Assembly: GCA_002428665.1 (NCBI GenBank)
Contig: DIXK01000018.1
Location: 23,224 to 87,223 of the forward strand
DNA: 64,000 nt
Direction: 5' to 3'
Origin: Verrucomicrobia subdivision 3 bacterium UBA6082
Lineage (GTDB): Bacteria; Verrucomicrobiota; Verrucomicrobiia; Limisphaerales; UBA8199
Shown: positions 8,477 through 18,182 of the stretch, one piece after another
Layout of the letters: each line of letters starts with the position of its first letter
Position numbering within the stretch: position 1 is the first letter of the stretch
The notes under the pieces: generated by a model
What the model was told of the DNA's origin: nothing
The model's input: only the letters and a program-made list of their open reading frames with translations
The model's database searches: none
Program-made: the position numbers and the translations under genes

Positions 8477-10975
8477 TTACGGCTTCAGTTTGTAGCTATA
8501 GACAACCGCCATCGGTTGCTCGGGTGCGACCACGACTAATCCACGCTCCATCAACTCACTCCCGGCGAGCTCCCGGGTCGATTCAGGTTGGTCAAGGTTG
8601 GTCACCGTATAACGGGCCTTCGGATCCAGACCGTGAAGTCTGAGACGGGCGGATTCATAGACGCTTTTGCCGCGACGAAAAGCCTGCACCACGCCCTGGC
8701 CGGCATCCGGACGGTCAAACTGCCAGGCGAGCCAAACATCCTCGGCTGTGGTGTAGGGTGTCAGTGGGTAGAAGTCTCCGAGGTAATTGGGCGCGATATC
8801 GTTCTTCCACTGGTTTAACAGGCGCCGGGCCTGGTCAAAGGGCAGGTCCTTGCGCCGCATGTCAAAGCAGGCCGTGAAATGCGGGCACATTTGACTGCGA
8901 AAATGGTACGCGTCCATGGCTGAGGTGCCGGTACCGAAGAACGGGATCCAGGACGCCAGGCCATAGGTGTGGCACTGCTGGCCGACCGGTTCCATGAGAT
9001 AATCACTGCGCAGTAGCGGTATCGAACGGCGCAGGGTTTCCAGGTCATTGCGATGGCCGCCGCTAGCGCAGGTATCGATCACCAGGCCCGGGAAACGACT
9101 CAGGAGCGCATCCCAGTAGGCGAGGTAACCGGTGACATAATGGTTTTCCGTGATGCCCAGGCGATCGGGCGCGTCCGCGTTGCGCCAATAGCCAAGCGGA
9201 TCGATGTTGTAGTCCTGCCGATACAAATCGATTCCCTGTTTGCGAATGAGCTTGGAGACGTGTTCCACCAGCCACTGCCGTGCTTCGTCATGTCCCAGGT
9301 TGAGCAGCTTTTGGTGCCCATCCTGGCCCAACAACCAGGCGGGGTTGTTCGTGTAGAGAAAGGTGCCGGGCGTGACGCGTTCTGGTTCGAACCACACGAT
9401 GCTTTTGACGCCCTTCTGGTGTGCGTGGTCCGTGATCGCCCGCAGGCCGCGGGGGAAGCGGCCGGTATCGATTTCCCAAGTGCCGGTCTGCGGCCAACCG
9501 CCGCCGTAGTGGAAATACCAACCCGCGTCCATCCACCAATAGTCCAGCGGCAGTTTTTCCTCCAGGTAGCGGTCTACGAAGAAGCGTTGGTTTTCTTCGT
9601 TGGCGTTGATCATTTCCGCAAATTGGTGCGAACTGCAAGCCGCCATTTGGGGCTGCAACACCTGGCCGCCAGGGCGCGGCAGGTTTTGCTCCAGCATCCA
9701 GCGCCGCCACACGTTCTGCGCATGCACGCGGTCAACGCGCCAAAATTGGGCCACGATCAGCGGGGAACGAAACTCCTCGCCCGGCTTGAGACGGAAGTGC
9801 GTGTTTTCCTGACCAGCGACAATGCGCAGCTCGCCTTCCTTGGCCCGGGCAAACTCTGCAAACCACTGACCCGGCCAGCCCACCACCAGAATGACACCCT
9901 CGCCAGCCTGGTGTTGGAGATTGAAGTAGGGAAAGACCTGTCCGAGCGGTCGTCCTCCGGGGGGTGCGAAGCGCAAAGTCTTGCCGGGCTCAACGGGGGA
10001 AACGAGCGGTTCAAAGTCGTCCGCGCGCACAAAGGTGCCCTTGTGGTGATGCAGTAGGAAGTCGCCAGAACGGCCGCGCTCGAAATCGGTGTCGAGGGCC
10101 CGCAGGTGCGAAATGGGCGGCGTATCGGTTGTGCCCGTGTTCTTGAAATAGAGCGTCCATTCCACCGTTGGGTAATGCGCATACTCGACTACCACGCACT
10201 GGACTTCCAGGTCCGTCGCCGGGTCTTTCCACACCAGGGTTCGTTCCAAACGGTTGTCGTCCAGCTTGCGTGAGGTTTGCTGCGGACGCCACGACTTCAG
10301 TAGGGTAGCGGAGGGTTTGCCGTCCAGGATGAATGAGAAAGGTAATTCCTGGGAGTAAGTTACCCGGCTGCCGTCATCCAGAGGCAAGTCGGCCAGCCAC
10401 AGTTCAGTTCCATCCTCCAGGGTGACCCGGGCATCAGCCCAATCCGCCTGGTCGCACGAGATGCCATCCCCGGCATCCTGGATCTGCAGCACGAATTCCG
10501 TGGCACCGTCCAAGGCCGCCTGAACCGTCCTGCCGGCCATGCCTTCGCGCATGACGCCCGAGCGGAACTTCTCCACTCCGTTTGCCGTAACCGAAAAGTC
10601 CACGCTGCCCCGGCCGCCGCTGGTTTGCTCGTTGCTGTCGACGCCGACCACCGCGCTGAAGGTGTGTCCCGGTTTTGGCAGACGAACGACGATTTTGCTG
10701 GAGGCATGACAATACAAGCCACGCGTAAAAGACTGGTCCGCGATCCGCATGGGTTTGCCGGCGCGAGCGTTCTTTTGAACGGGATCGTTGTTTGCCAGCA
10801 CTACCAGGGACGGTTCAGCGGGCCGGGCGGCTTTACTGCCTTGGAATTTTGCCTGGGCCCAACGCTGGGCATCGTCAAGTTCACCTGAACTCACACGGGC
10901 GGCAGGCAGGTTTACCGCGGCCAGGCTGAAGGCCAGGCCAAGGGTGATTCGAATCCAACCACTTGAAGTTTTCAT
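8477..10975 (-). CDS. Secreted NPCBM-domain + clan GH-D (GH36/GH27-like) alpha-galactosidase
   Basis: 832 aa with a signal peptide. It has an NPCBM-like segment (GLYCHASSKIVV...DGISCDQADWADARV). Melibiase-type motifs are DYWWMDAGWY, IVWFEPERV, DLYRQDYNIDP and IDTCASGGHRNDLE. Confidence 0.85.
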   Translation of the reverse strand: MKTSSGWIRITLGLAFSLAAVNLPAARVSSGELDDAQRWAQAKFQGSKAARPAEPSLVVLANNDPVQKNARAGKPMRIADQSFTRGLYCHASSKIVVRLPKPGHTFSAVVGVDSNEQTSGGRGSVDFSVTANGVEKFRSGVMREGMAGRTVQAALDGATEFVLQIQDAGDGISCDQADWADARVTLEDGTELWLADLPLDDGSRVTYSQELPFSFILDGKPSATLLKSWRPQQTSRKLDDNRLERTLVWKDPATDLEVQCVVVEYAHYPTVEWTLYFKNTGTTDTPPISHLRALDTDFERGRSGDFLLHHHKGTFVRADDFEPLVSPVEPGKTLRFAPPGGRPLGQVFPYFNLQHQAGEGVILVVGWPGQWFAEFARAKEGELRIVAGQENTHFRLKPGEEFRSPLIVAQFWRVDRVHAQNVWRRWMLEQNLPRPGGQVLQPQMAACSSHQFAEMINANEENQRFFVDRYLEEKLPLDYWWMDAGWYFHYGGGWPQTGTWEIDTGRFPRGLRAITDHAHQKGVKSIVWFEPERVTPGTFLYTNNPAWLLGQDGHQKLLNLGHDEARQWLVEHVSKLIRKQGIDLYRQDYNIDPLGYWRNADAPDRLGITENHYVTGYLAYWDALLSRFPGLVIDTCASGGHRNDLETLRRSIPLLRSDYLMEPVGQQCHTYGLASWIPFFGTGTSAMDAYHFRSQMCPHFTACFDMRRKDLPFDQARRLLNQWKNDIAPNYLGDFYPLTPYTTAEDVWLAWQFDRPDAGQGVVQAFRRGKSVYESARLRLHGLDPKARYTVTNLDQPESTRELAGSELMERGLVVVAPEQPMAVVYSYKLKP

Positions 10976-11058
10976 TTATGAAATACAGAGAACAGCTAAG
11001 GATGTTTTATGACCTTGGAGCCGACCGCGCAACTGCGGAGTTGAGCTGCTGAATTGTG

Positions 11059-11080
11059 CCGCGGGGGCAATCCCCTGCGG
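11059..11080 (-). terminator. Possible hairpin downstream of larC
   Basis: CCGCGGGGG-caat-CCCCTGCGG forms a 9-bp stem with one G.U pair. There is no T-run. Confidence 0.25.
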
Positions 11081-11183
11081 GTGTTCGTGAGCCTTCGCCC
11101 AAAACAGCCCGGCTACAGGGCAGGGGAGGTGGTACTGCGTTTCGGGCGACGATGGCCGAAGCGCGTATGTGCTGTAGGCCGGA

Positions 11184-12539
11184 TCAGGGCTTCTTGGGCT
11201 CTGGGGTCGCCGCGCGCAGGGCCGCGGCGTAGACCTCTTTGATTGGCACCCCGGCTCGTGCTGCCACCGTTTTGCACGATTCGAATTCGGGGGCTACCTG
11301 CACAATGTTGCTGTCCAGTTTTCCAAGCTTCACAGCCACTTCGCCGAAGGACGTCTGAGCGACCGTAAACTCACGCTGGAGTTTCCGGCGTTCAGCCGTG
11401 AGCCGGCGCACGCCGAAGGCGCTCGTCTCCCGCAACACCAGTTCCGTAAGATTCTCCGCCTCGGCTTCGCCGCACAGCACGGTCAGCTTCACGCCGGGGC
11501 GGTTCTTCTTCATGTGAATGGGGGTGTAGAAGACATCCAGGGCGCCGGTGGAAAACGCCCGGTCCATAACGTGGCCGAGGATTTCGGGATTCAGGTCGTC
11601 GATGTTGGCTTCGAGCATTACCACGGTGTCGTGCTCCCAGTCGTGGTCTCCGCCTTTTGCGGCGGCCATGCCCAGGATCGCACGAAGCACATTGGGACGA
11701 GTCTTGTTGTCACGGGTGCCGAGGCCATAGCCGATCTTCTCTGCCACCACGCTGCGCATGGGGCCGAAGCTCTCCGCGAATTCGGCCAAAATCGCCGCCC
11801 CGGTTGGCGTGATCAGTTCATGCGGTTCCTCGCACTGCGACACTTCGATGCCGCGCGCGCCCAGGATTGCCAGTGTTGCCGGTGCGGGGATGGGAAATCG
11901 CCCGTGGTCGCACTGAATCCAGCCGAACCCTTCGTAAACGGGCCCGGCCAGCACCCGGGGTTTTCCGAGGATTTCGAGGGCGATGCAGGCGCCCACCACA
12001 TCCACAATGGAATCCACCGCGCCGACTTCATGAAAATGGACTTCCTCCGCCGGCACTCCATGGATCTTGCCCTCGGCCATGGCGATGCGGTGGAACACTG
12101 CCAGCGCTTTTGCTTTCACCCAATCAGAAAGCTCACTCTGCGAAATCAGGTTCTTGATCTCCGCATAGTTGCGACCATGGCCCGAACCGTGGTCGTGCGT
12201 GTGCTGGTGGTCATGGGCGTGGTCATGGTCATGGTCATGGTCGTGGTCATGGTCGTGATGGTGATGATCATGGCCATGTTCGTGGTGGTGCGTGTGCCCC
12301 CCGCCGTGGCTGTGACCCTCTTCCGCCTTGTGAAGGTGTGTATCGCCCAGGTGAACGTCGAACTTCACCCCTTCGATGCTCGACTTATGCTTCCGGGCAT
12401 CGTGAAGGTGATATCCATCCAGGTGCAGCTTTTGCAGTTCGCGCTCGAGTTGGTGAGGGTCCACCCCGAGGTCGATCAGCGCGCCAATGAACATGTCGCC
12501 GCTGATGCCGCTAAAAAGGTCCAGGTACAAGGTATTCAT
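11184..12539 (-). CDS. larC: LarC, nickel-pincer cofactor nickel insertase (DUF111 family) with a long His/Asp-rich insert
   Basis: The N-terminus MNTLYLDLFSGISGDMFIGALIDLGVD is the LarC/DUF111 signature. The insert reads HSHGGGHTHHHEHGHDHHHHDHDHDHDHDHDHAHDHQHTHDHGSGHG. The gene is a single uninterrupted ORF. Confidence 0.9.
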   Translation of the reverse strand: MNTLYLDLFSGISGDMFIGALIDLGVDPHQLERELQKLHLDGYHLHDARKHKSSIEGVKFDVHLGDTHLHKAEEGHSHGGGHTHHHEHGHDHHHHDHDHDHDHDHDHAHDHQHTHDHGSGHGRNYAEIKNLISQSELSDWVKAKALAVFHRIAMAEGKIHGVPAEEVHFHEVGAVDSIVDVVGACIALEILGKPRVLAGPVYEGFGWIQCDHGRFPIPAPATLAILGARGIEVSQCEEPHELITPTGAAILAEFAESFGPMRSVVAEKIGYGLGTRDNKTRPNVLRAILGMAAAKGGDHDWEHDTVVMLEANIDDLNPEILGHVMDRAFSTGALDVFYTPIHMKKNRPGVKLTVLCGEAEAENLTELVLRETSAFGVRRLTAERRKLQREFTVAQTSFGEVAVKLGKLDSNIVQVAPEFESCKTVAARAGVPIKEVYAAALRAATPEPKKP

Positions 12540-12576
12540 TGCTTTTGAAATCCGTCAAAGCCTCCGTTTGAGGCCG

Positions 12577-13338
12577 TCACAGTTCGCCGGCGGCCAGCGC
12601 ATTGATTTGGCTGGCAGCGTAAGCCGCCCCGAAACCATTGTCGATGTTCACCACCGTAACCCCGCTGCCGCAACTGTTCAGCATTCCCAGCAGGGGCGCC
12701 AGGCCACCAAAACTCGCGCCATAGCCAACTGAGGTGGGGACGGCGATCAACGGTTTAGAAACTAGTCCGGCGACCACGCTCGGCAAGGCGCCCTCCATTC
12801 CAGCTACGACGATGATCACATTGGCCTGCTGGATGCTCTGCAAACGTCCAAACAACCGGTGCACACCGGCCACGCCCACGTCGGAGATTCGCTCTACGTG
12901 GTTGCCCATGATCTCAGCCGTCACGGCGGCCTCCTCTGCTACGGGCAGATCGCTGGTTCCGGCACAAACTACCGCAATGGTGCCGGTGCGTTTCGGCAGA
13001 GGCTTTCTCTGGATGGTGATGCACCGGGCCATCTCGTGGTGCACGGCCGCCCGAAACTTCTTCTTCACGGCTCGGAAATGCTCCAACCCTACCCGCGTCA
13101 CCAGCACCTGTCCTTCGCGTTCCAGCAATTTGGCGGCGATACGCACCACCTGTTCCGGTGTCTTTCCCGCGCCGAAAATGACCTCTGGGAACCCTTTTCG
13201 GAGGGCCCGATGGGTATCTACCTGGGCGAATCCGAGATCCGCAACCGGTGCCGCCTGAAAAGCTTGCACCACTTTTTCGCGGCTTACGGAGCCCGCCCGG
13301 AACCGTTCCAGCAATTCTATCGCCTGAGTCGTGGTCAC
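12577..13338 (-). CDS. larB: LarB, pyridinium-3,5-biscarboxylic acid mononucleotide synthase (PurE-like)
   Basis: 253 aa. It has a PurE-like core (IAVVCAGTSDLPVAEEAAVTAEIMGNHVERISDVGVAGVHRL...IIVVAGMEGALPSVVAGL). It lies 37 nt upstream of larC on the same strand. Confidence 0.88.
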   Translation of the reverse strand: MTTTQAIELLERFRAGSVSREKVVQAFQAAPVADLGFAQVDTHRALRKGFPEVIFGAGKTPEQVVRIAAKLLEREGQVLVTRVGLEHFRAVKKKFRAAVHHEMARCITIQRKPLPKRTGTIAVVCAGTSDLPVAEEAAVTAEIMGNHVERISDVGVAGVHRLFGRLQSIQQANVIIVVAGMEGALPSVVAGLVSKPLIAVPTSVGYGASFGGLAPLLGMLNSCGSGVTVVNIDNGFGAAYAASQINALAAGEL

Positions 13339-13373
13339 GAGCGGAAAATGCCACAGGTTCGCGCTCTGGTCAC

Positions 13374-14105
13374 GTGGGAAACACGGTAAACCTCGGCCGT
13401 CAGGGGCCTGCCAAAAGCGCTCAGCCGGGTTTCATCCAGCTTGGCTTGTTGGGGTTTTGGCCGATTTTGATTGATTTTAGCCTGACAAACCGCTGGCCCG
13501 ATGGTTCGGTCACCGACACCACCTTCGATCCGGACAACCTCATCCGCTACTGGTGGTTCACCAATTGTGCTCCGAAGAGTGCCGCGTTTGTTGTCCGGCG
13601 CCTCGGCAATACGAATGCCGAAGTCATTGTGGAATACGCCATCGGCGGAACCGCGGTCAACGGAGTCGATTATGATCTCCTGCTGGGCGTTGTGAAGATT
13701 CCGGCCGGGGAAAGAAAGGCGCGGATTCTAGTCGTTCCCAAGGATGATGAGGTAGTTGAACCCATCGAGACCGTGATTCTTGAACTGAAACCCGCGCCGG
13801 CCGGCGACGACAACGCTTTCGCTTACCTTCTCACCCGGCAGAGCCGCGCCGCCGTGATTATCGCGGATAGCCGCCGGCCACGTCCTGGAACTGCTTCGTT
13901 GTCGGATAATACCTTCCATCTTAGCACCGATGCTGTCGACGGTGACTGGTACCCCATCGATTACTCCACAGACCTGGAGACCTGGACTGCAGTGTCCACC
14001 AACCAGGCCGCCCTGGGCGCCCTGCATTTCGTCGATCCCGAGGCTCAGCAAGCCCCGCAGCGATTCTATCGGGCCATACCCACAGTCCCCCCAGCGCAAG
14101 ACTGA
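13374..14105 (+). CDS. Calx-beta domain protein with a C-terminal ...FYR module
   Basis: Calx-beta pattern VIVEYAIGGTAVNGVDYDLLLGVVKIPAGERKARILVVPKDDEVVEPIETVILEL. The tail is YPIDYSTDLETWTAVS...RFYRAIP. The start is uncertain: the longest ORF (13248) overlaps larB, and the in-frame GTG at 13374 precedes the hydrophobic FIQLGLLGFWPILIDF. Confidence 0.6.
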   Translation: MGNTVNLGRQGPAKSAQPGFIQLGLLGFWPILIDFSLTNRWPDGSVTDTTFDPDNLIRYWWFTNCAPKSAAFVVRRLGNTNAEVIVEYAIGGTAVNGVDYDLLLGVVKIPAGERKARILVVPKDDEVVEPIETVILELKPAPAGDDNAFAYLLTRQSRAAVIIADSRRPRPGTASLSDNTFHLSTDAVDGDWYPIDYSTDLETWTAVSTNQAALGALHFVDPEAQQAPQRFYRAIPTVPPAQD

Positions 14106-14212
14106 CGCCTTCATGGAGGCGGTGGGGTGGTGATGTCTGGTTGGTTTTGAGTTGACCGTTGGCGCGCAGTGCCTAATGTGGCATCAATTCACCTAACCAC
14201 AACAAACTTCAA

Positions 14213-15772
14213 ATGAACTCGTCTAATTTAATGCAGAAGTGTTCCGGATGTCCGATGAACCGCCGCAACTTTCTGGCTCGAACTACGCTTTTTACCGCTG
14301 GTGCCGCCGGATTGCTCACCAACCTGGGGTTGGCGAACGCCGCGACCCCGGCGAAAAAGTCGCGGATTCGGATTATTTATGCCTTGCATGGGGAGAAGCA
14401 AGCGGGTCCGGATTGGCCCAACGTAGGGTTCAATTTTGGTCCGGAGATGGAGCGCATCAACTCCGTGCTGGCCCGGCGCTGCAAGGGATGCGAGTTCGTT
14501 AGTTCCATGGCCAAGGGCAAGGAGGAAGCTGAAAAAATCCTGGCGGAGGACAACGCCGCGGGCAGCATCGACGGGTACCTGGTTTACCAGATGAATTGCT
14601 GGAACCGCGTGGTGCAAACCATGGCCACCTCCGGCAAGCCGGTTCTGTATGCTGACTTCCAGTTCGGCGGCAGTGGTGGTTTCCTCGTTTATAACGCCGC
14701 CTTCCTCCGCACCGGCGCGGATAATGTCGGTTTCGTCGCCTCTTCCGATATCGACGACTTGGTGGATGCCGTGAATTGTTTTCCGCGGGCAGGCAGAGGG
14801 GAGAGTTTCGCGGCCCAGGTGGCGGAAACGCGGCTTGCCGCCACTCCGGGCGCGCGCCGGGTGAAGGCGAAAGCTGACGACCTCCAATGCCTCTCGCCGG
14901 AGGAATGCGTGCGTCGGTTGAAGGAGACCCGGATTCTTGCGGTGCGCGATCAGAATAGCGCGGATGGCGGCCAATTAATGGGGATACAGGTCCAGTTCAT
15001 TCCTTTTGAGGAACTCAACCAGGCATGGAAGAATGCCGACCCGGACGAGGCCAAGGCAGTGGCAAGCCGGTGGGAAAAATCGGCTGGAACAGTGATCGAT
15101 GTGACGCGTGAGACTCTGGAGACCTCGGCCGCCATGTATCTTGGGCAAAAGTCGCTATTGAAAAAGCATGGGGCCAGCGGCATCACGGTGAATTGCCTTG
15201 GTGGCTTTTACGGGGGGCACATCCACGCCTATCCGTGCCTCGGATTCCATGAACTGCTGAACGAGGGACTGGTCGGGGGTTGTGAATGCGATGTTCGATC
15301 AGCCGCTACTATGCTGACCGGGACGACCCTGACCCAGGGGCGTCCGGGCTATATCTCCGACCCTGTGATCGACACCTCGAAGCGGCAGATCATATACGCC
15401 CATTGTGTGGCGGCGAACAAAGCGTTTGGTCCCTCCGGCAAAGCCAATCCGTTTGACATCATGACCCATTCCGAGGATCGGCAGGGCGCATCGGTGCGGT
15501 CGTACTTGCCGAAAGGCTACATGACCACGTCGCTGGAGTTTGAGCAGAGCCGCAAGGAGATTCTCTTCCACCGCGCGGTTGCTGTGGGGAACGATGAAGA
15601 CGACAGGGCTTGCCGCACCAAGATTTGCGCCGAACCCGTGGGCGACCTGGAAAAGCTCTTCAGGATGTGGGATCAATGGAGTTGGCACCGGGTTACGTTT
15701 TACGGCGATCTCAAAGAGCCGATCTATGGCCTGGCCGACGCGCTTGGCTGGAAGGTCGTGGAAGAGGCGTAA
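14213..15772 (+). CDS. TAT-exported protein of unknown function (possibly a sugar-isomerase-like fold)
   Basis: Twin-arginine signal MNRRNFLARTTLFTAGAAGLLTNLGLANA (alternative start at ATG 14255). It is 505-519 aa with a globular composition. The resemblance to L-fucose/arabinose-isomerase-like proteins is only an impression. Confidence 0.75.
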   Translation: MNSSNLMQKCSGCPMNRRNFLARTTLFTAGAAGLLTNLGLANAATPAKKSRIRIIYALHGEKQAGPDWPNVGFNFGPEMERINSVLARRCKGCEFVSSMAKGKEEAEKILAEDNAAGSIDGYLVYQMNCWNRVVQTMATSGKPVLYADFQFGGSGGFLVYNAAFLRTGADNVGFVASSDIDDLVDAVNCFPRAGRGESFAAQVAETRLAATPGARRVKAKADDLQCLSPEECVRRLKETRILAVRDQNSADGGQLMGIQVQFIPFEELNQAWKNADPDEAKAVASRWEKSAGTVIDVTRETLETSAAMYLGQKSLLKKHGASGITVNCLGGFYGGHIHAYPCLGFHELLNEGLVGGCECDVRSAATMLTGTTLTQGRPGYISDPVIDTSKRQIIYAHCVAANKAFGPSGKANPFDIMTHSEDRQGASVRSYLPKGYMTTSLEFEQSRKEILFHRAVAVGNDEDDRACRTKICAEPVGDLEKLFRMWDQWSWHRVTFYGDLKEPIYGLADALGWKVVEEA

Positions 15773-15846
15773 GTTTTGCCGGGAAAGAACTACCGCAAGT
15801 AATCGACAGTAAAACCGGTTGCTGCCTTCCGTGAGGGAGAGTGTGA

Positions 15847-15875
15847 AGGCGTGTCGAATGTTTCGCGACACGCCT
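15847..15875. terminator. Hairpin between convergent genes
   Basis: AGGCGTGTCG-aatgtttcg-CGACACGCCT forms a perfect 10-bp stem. There is no T-run on either strand. Confidence 0.3.
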
Positions 15876-15910
15876 CCCACGATTCGGGAACAAGCCGACG
15901 AGGTACAGCG

Positions 15911-16747
15911 TTAGCGGCTTTTCAGCAGCGGTTTCAGGTGCTTGATGGATCGTTCCGCCTGTTCGACAGTGCCGCATTCTACCGAGAGTACGATGTCACG
16001 AGGGCATTCCTTGCGGACGATCGAAATGACTCGGGCCCAATCGATCACGCCATCGCCGCAGGCGCAGCCCACAGGAGTGCCGGTTACTTTACCCCGCTCG
16101 GCGCCTGACTGCTGGATGGAGATGTCCTTGGCGTGCAGGTGCACGAGGCGCTTGGCTACGCGGCGGAGCCACTGGTAAGGGTCCTGGCCGCACAGAAACG
16201 CGTTGCCGGTGTCAAAGTTGATCCCCACCGCCGGGCTGTTGACCAGGCTGTGAATCTTGTCCAGGCCTTCGGGTGACCGGCTGTACTGTTGGTGGCATTC
16301 CAGTCCGATCAGGATGCCGCGCGGTTCCGCTAGCCTCGCGGCCTCCATGAGCGTGTAGCGCATCAGCACATGATCCTCGGTCCGGGTTGTCCAAGTGGGC
16401 TTGGGACCCTCGTCGGTATTGATAACGGGGGCACCGGCCTCAAAGGCGAACCGGACTGCCTGTTTCAGATACTCCGTGCCGATTTCCGGCTTGCATAAGG
16501 GGGTGTGGGCCGACAATCCGGAGAGTTTCACCCTGGCCTTGGTGCAGGCGCGCCGGAGGCGCAGGGGATCATCGAGCATGGAAACACTGTGGAAGTAACC
16601 CGCTTCGCTGAGCAGTTCGCGGCCCCAATGCACCATAGGCTCGACGTGCGTGTAGCCCAGTTTCGCAGCCTTCTCCACTCCCCACTCGAAGGGCTTATCG
16701 TGATGACGGACGAACTCGAGGTTAATTCCGATTGCAATTTTTGCCAT
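15911..16747 (-). CDS. Sugar phosphate isomerase/epimerase (xylose-isomerase-like TIM barrel)
   Basis: 278 aa. The pattern ...KLGYTHVEP...GINFDTGN...HLHAKD... is typical of the AP_endonuc_2/TIM-barrel family. Confidence 0.8.
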   Translation of the reverse strand: MAKIAIGINLEFVRHHDKPFEWGVEKAAKLGYTHVEPMVHWGRELLSEAGYFHSVSMLDDPLRLRRACTKARVKLSGLSAHTPLCKPEIGTEYLKQAVRFAFEAGAPVINTDEGPKPTWTTRTEDHVLMRYTLMEAARLAEPRGILIGLECHQQYSRSPEGLDKIHSLVNSPAVGINFDTGNAFLCGQDPYQWLRRVAKRLVHLHAKDISIQQSGAERGKVTGTPVGCACGDGVIDWARVISIVRKECPRDIVLSVECGTVEQAERSIKHLKPLLKSR

Positions 16748-17207
16748 AGGTCGTTGTTGGTGAATCTTATTGGGTTTCGATAACCATCGCGGTAAGACGG
16801 CTGCGGGTCAACCAGGAACCGTGGGAACAGGGGGCGGCACGGGGGAGGAAACGCGCCGTGATGCATGCGTGACTTGCATAAACTCATGGCTTTACAGGGC
16901 GGGGTAATATTGAGATAATTAATCGAATCCAAGGGCGTGGCTTACAGCAATTGCCTCGTCACGAAGATGCTTTCACACCGGTGGGGCGATGAGCGCTAAC
17001 AACGCCAGAATGAGGTTGAGACCGTTGGCCGGCGCGCATGGTGCTGATGCCGGGGCGGGGGGAATCGGTTTTGTGCCTGGACCGGCGCATTGTTCTCCCA
17101 ACCATAATGCCGCTGGGCAAACCAGGAACGATCCATTTCATGACTGTTTGCGTCCTCAAGGGGAGTCTGTTCGGGTGGAGCAATACCGAGGCCGGATCCG
17201 GGTACAG

Positions 17208-18182
17208 ATGACTGAGCTGTTGCGGATGTTCCGCAGTTTGACAGGGTTGCGATGCCAGGTGTGCTGGTTTCCGGATTGGCCTGGTGGCGGGACGCTGGAA
17301 GCCTGGCCGGCTTGCTTCGCTGGCTGTCACGACCGGATTTCGCGACATCCGCAAGCGTTGGACCGATGCCACGAATGTGTGAAACAAGAGTTGGCAGCGA
17401 CGCTAAAAGCGGGTCGCTCCGGGCACCGGTTCACCTGTTTTTTGGGGGTGCATAATGAATGGCAGCCGATCATCGTGCGACGCTGTACCATCGGTTTGGC
17501 GTTCTTGCAGGTTGCCGATGGCGACGGGGAGCGGAGAAACTCACCCGGAAAAACCGAGGCAACGGCGGATGCTGGTGCTTGCGTGTCCAGTCGTCGGTCT
17601 GCCAAAGGAATGAGTCGTGGTGCTTTTGGGCGGGTAGCCAGGCTATTGCGGTTGATGGTTCGTCATGCGGAGATCCTGACGCTGGCCGATTTGCGGGAAG
17701 CGGAATTGGTTCGAACCCGACAGGCCCTGGCATCGTTGCAACGAATGGCACGCGAATCGCGAAAGGCTTCGGTTCTCTCCGTCTCCAGACTATCCATGCG
17801 GGTGCCTGTGGCGATAGACTTCAGACCTGAGACCCACTCTCAGAGGATAGCTCACAACCTGCTCCAGTATATACGCCAGCATTACGCGCAGCCCATTACA
17901 CTCAAGCGGTGCTCGGAAACGACAGGTCTCAACATGAGCTATCTTTCCCACATCTTCTCTGATCACCTCGGGCTGCCGTTCAAATCCTGCCTGATCCGGG
18001 TGAGGTTAGATAGAGCGATGCAGTTGCTGAGCGATCCGGCGCGGAATATGTCCGAGGTGGCGAGTGCTGTGGGCTACGCCAGCGAGAATCGTTTTCGCAT
18101 CGCGTTTAAGAAAGCGACCGGCCTGCCCCCACGTGTTTGGCGTGAGACGTTGCGCGCCCGGTCTGGTTTACGGCTCCCTTGA
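17208..18182 (+). CDS. AraC-family transcriptional regulator with a PocR-like Cys-rich sensor domain
   Basis: The C-terminal double HTH reads LKRCSETTGLNMSYLSHIFSDHLGLPFKSCLIRVRLDRAMQLL...VASAVGYASENRFRIAFKKATGLPPRVWRE. The N-terminal part (CQVCW...CFAGCH...CHECV...FTCFLGVHNEWQPI) is PocR-like. The ATG at 17208 is preferred over the longest ORF (16989), whose first 73 aa are low complexity. Confidence 0.8.
   Translation: MTELLRMFRSLTGLRCQVCWFPDWPGGGTLEAWPACFAGCHDRISRHPQALDRCHECVKQELAATLKAGRSGHRFTCFLGVHNEWQPIIVRRCTIGLAFLQVADGDGERRNSPGKTEATADAGACVSSRRSAKGMSRGAFGRVARLLRLMVRHAEILTLADLREAELVRTRQALASLQRMARESRKASVLSVSRLSMRVPVAIDFRPETHSQRIAHNLLQYIRQHYAQPITLKRCSETTGLNMSYLSHIFSDHLGLPFKSCLIRVRLDRAMQLLSDPARNMSEVASAVGYASENRFRIAFKKATGLPPRVWRETLRARSGLRLP

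Noticed and set aside
9053-12548. Long plus-strand ORFs (9053..10057, 11514..12548) opposite the alpha-galactosidase and larC genes
   Set aside because: No motifs and biased composition. They overlap strongly supported genes on the other strand. The second merely mirrors the His/Asp repeat as a Val/Met repeat.
13248-13373. Longest-ORF start of the Calx-beta gene
   Set aside because: It would overlap the larB coding region by 90 nt on the opposite strand and encodes Pro/Ser/Gly-rich filler. I preferred the downstream GTG at 13374.
17707-17717. tRNA T-loop-like GGTTCGAACCC
   Set aside because: It lies in frame inside the AraC-family gene (AELVRTRQA). No acceptor or anticodon stem can be drawn around it.
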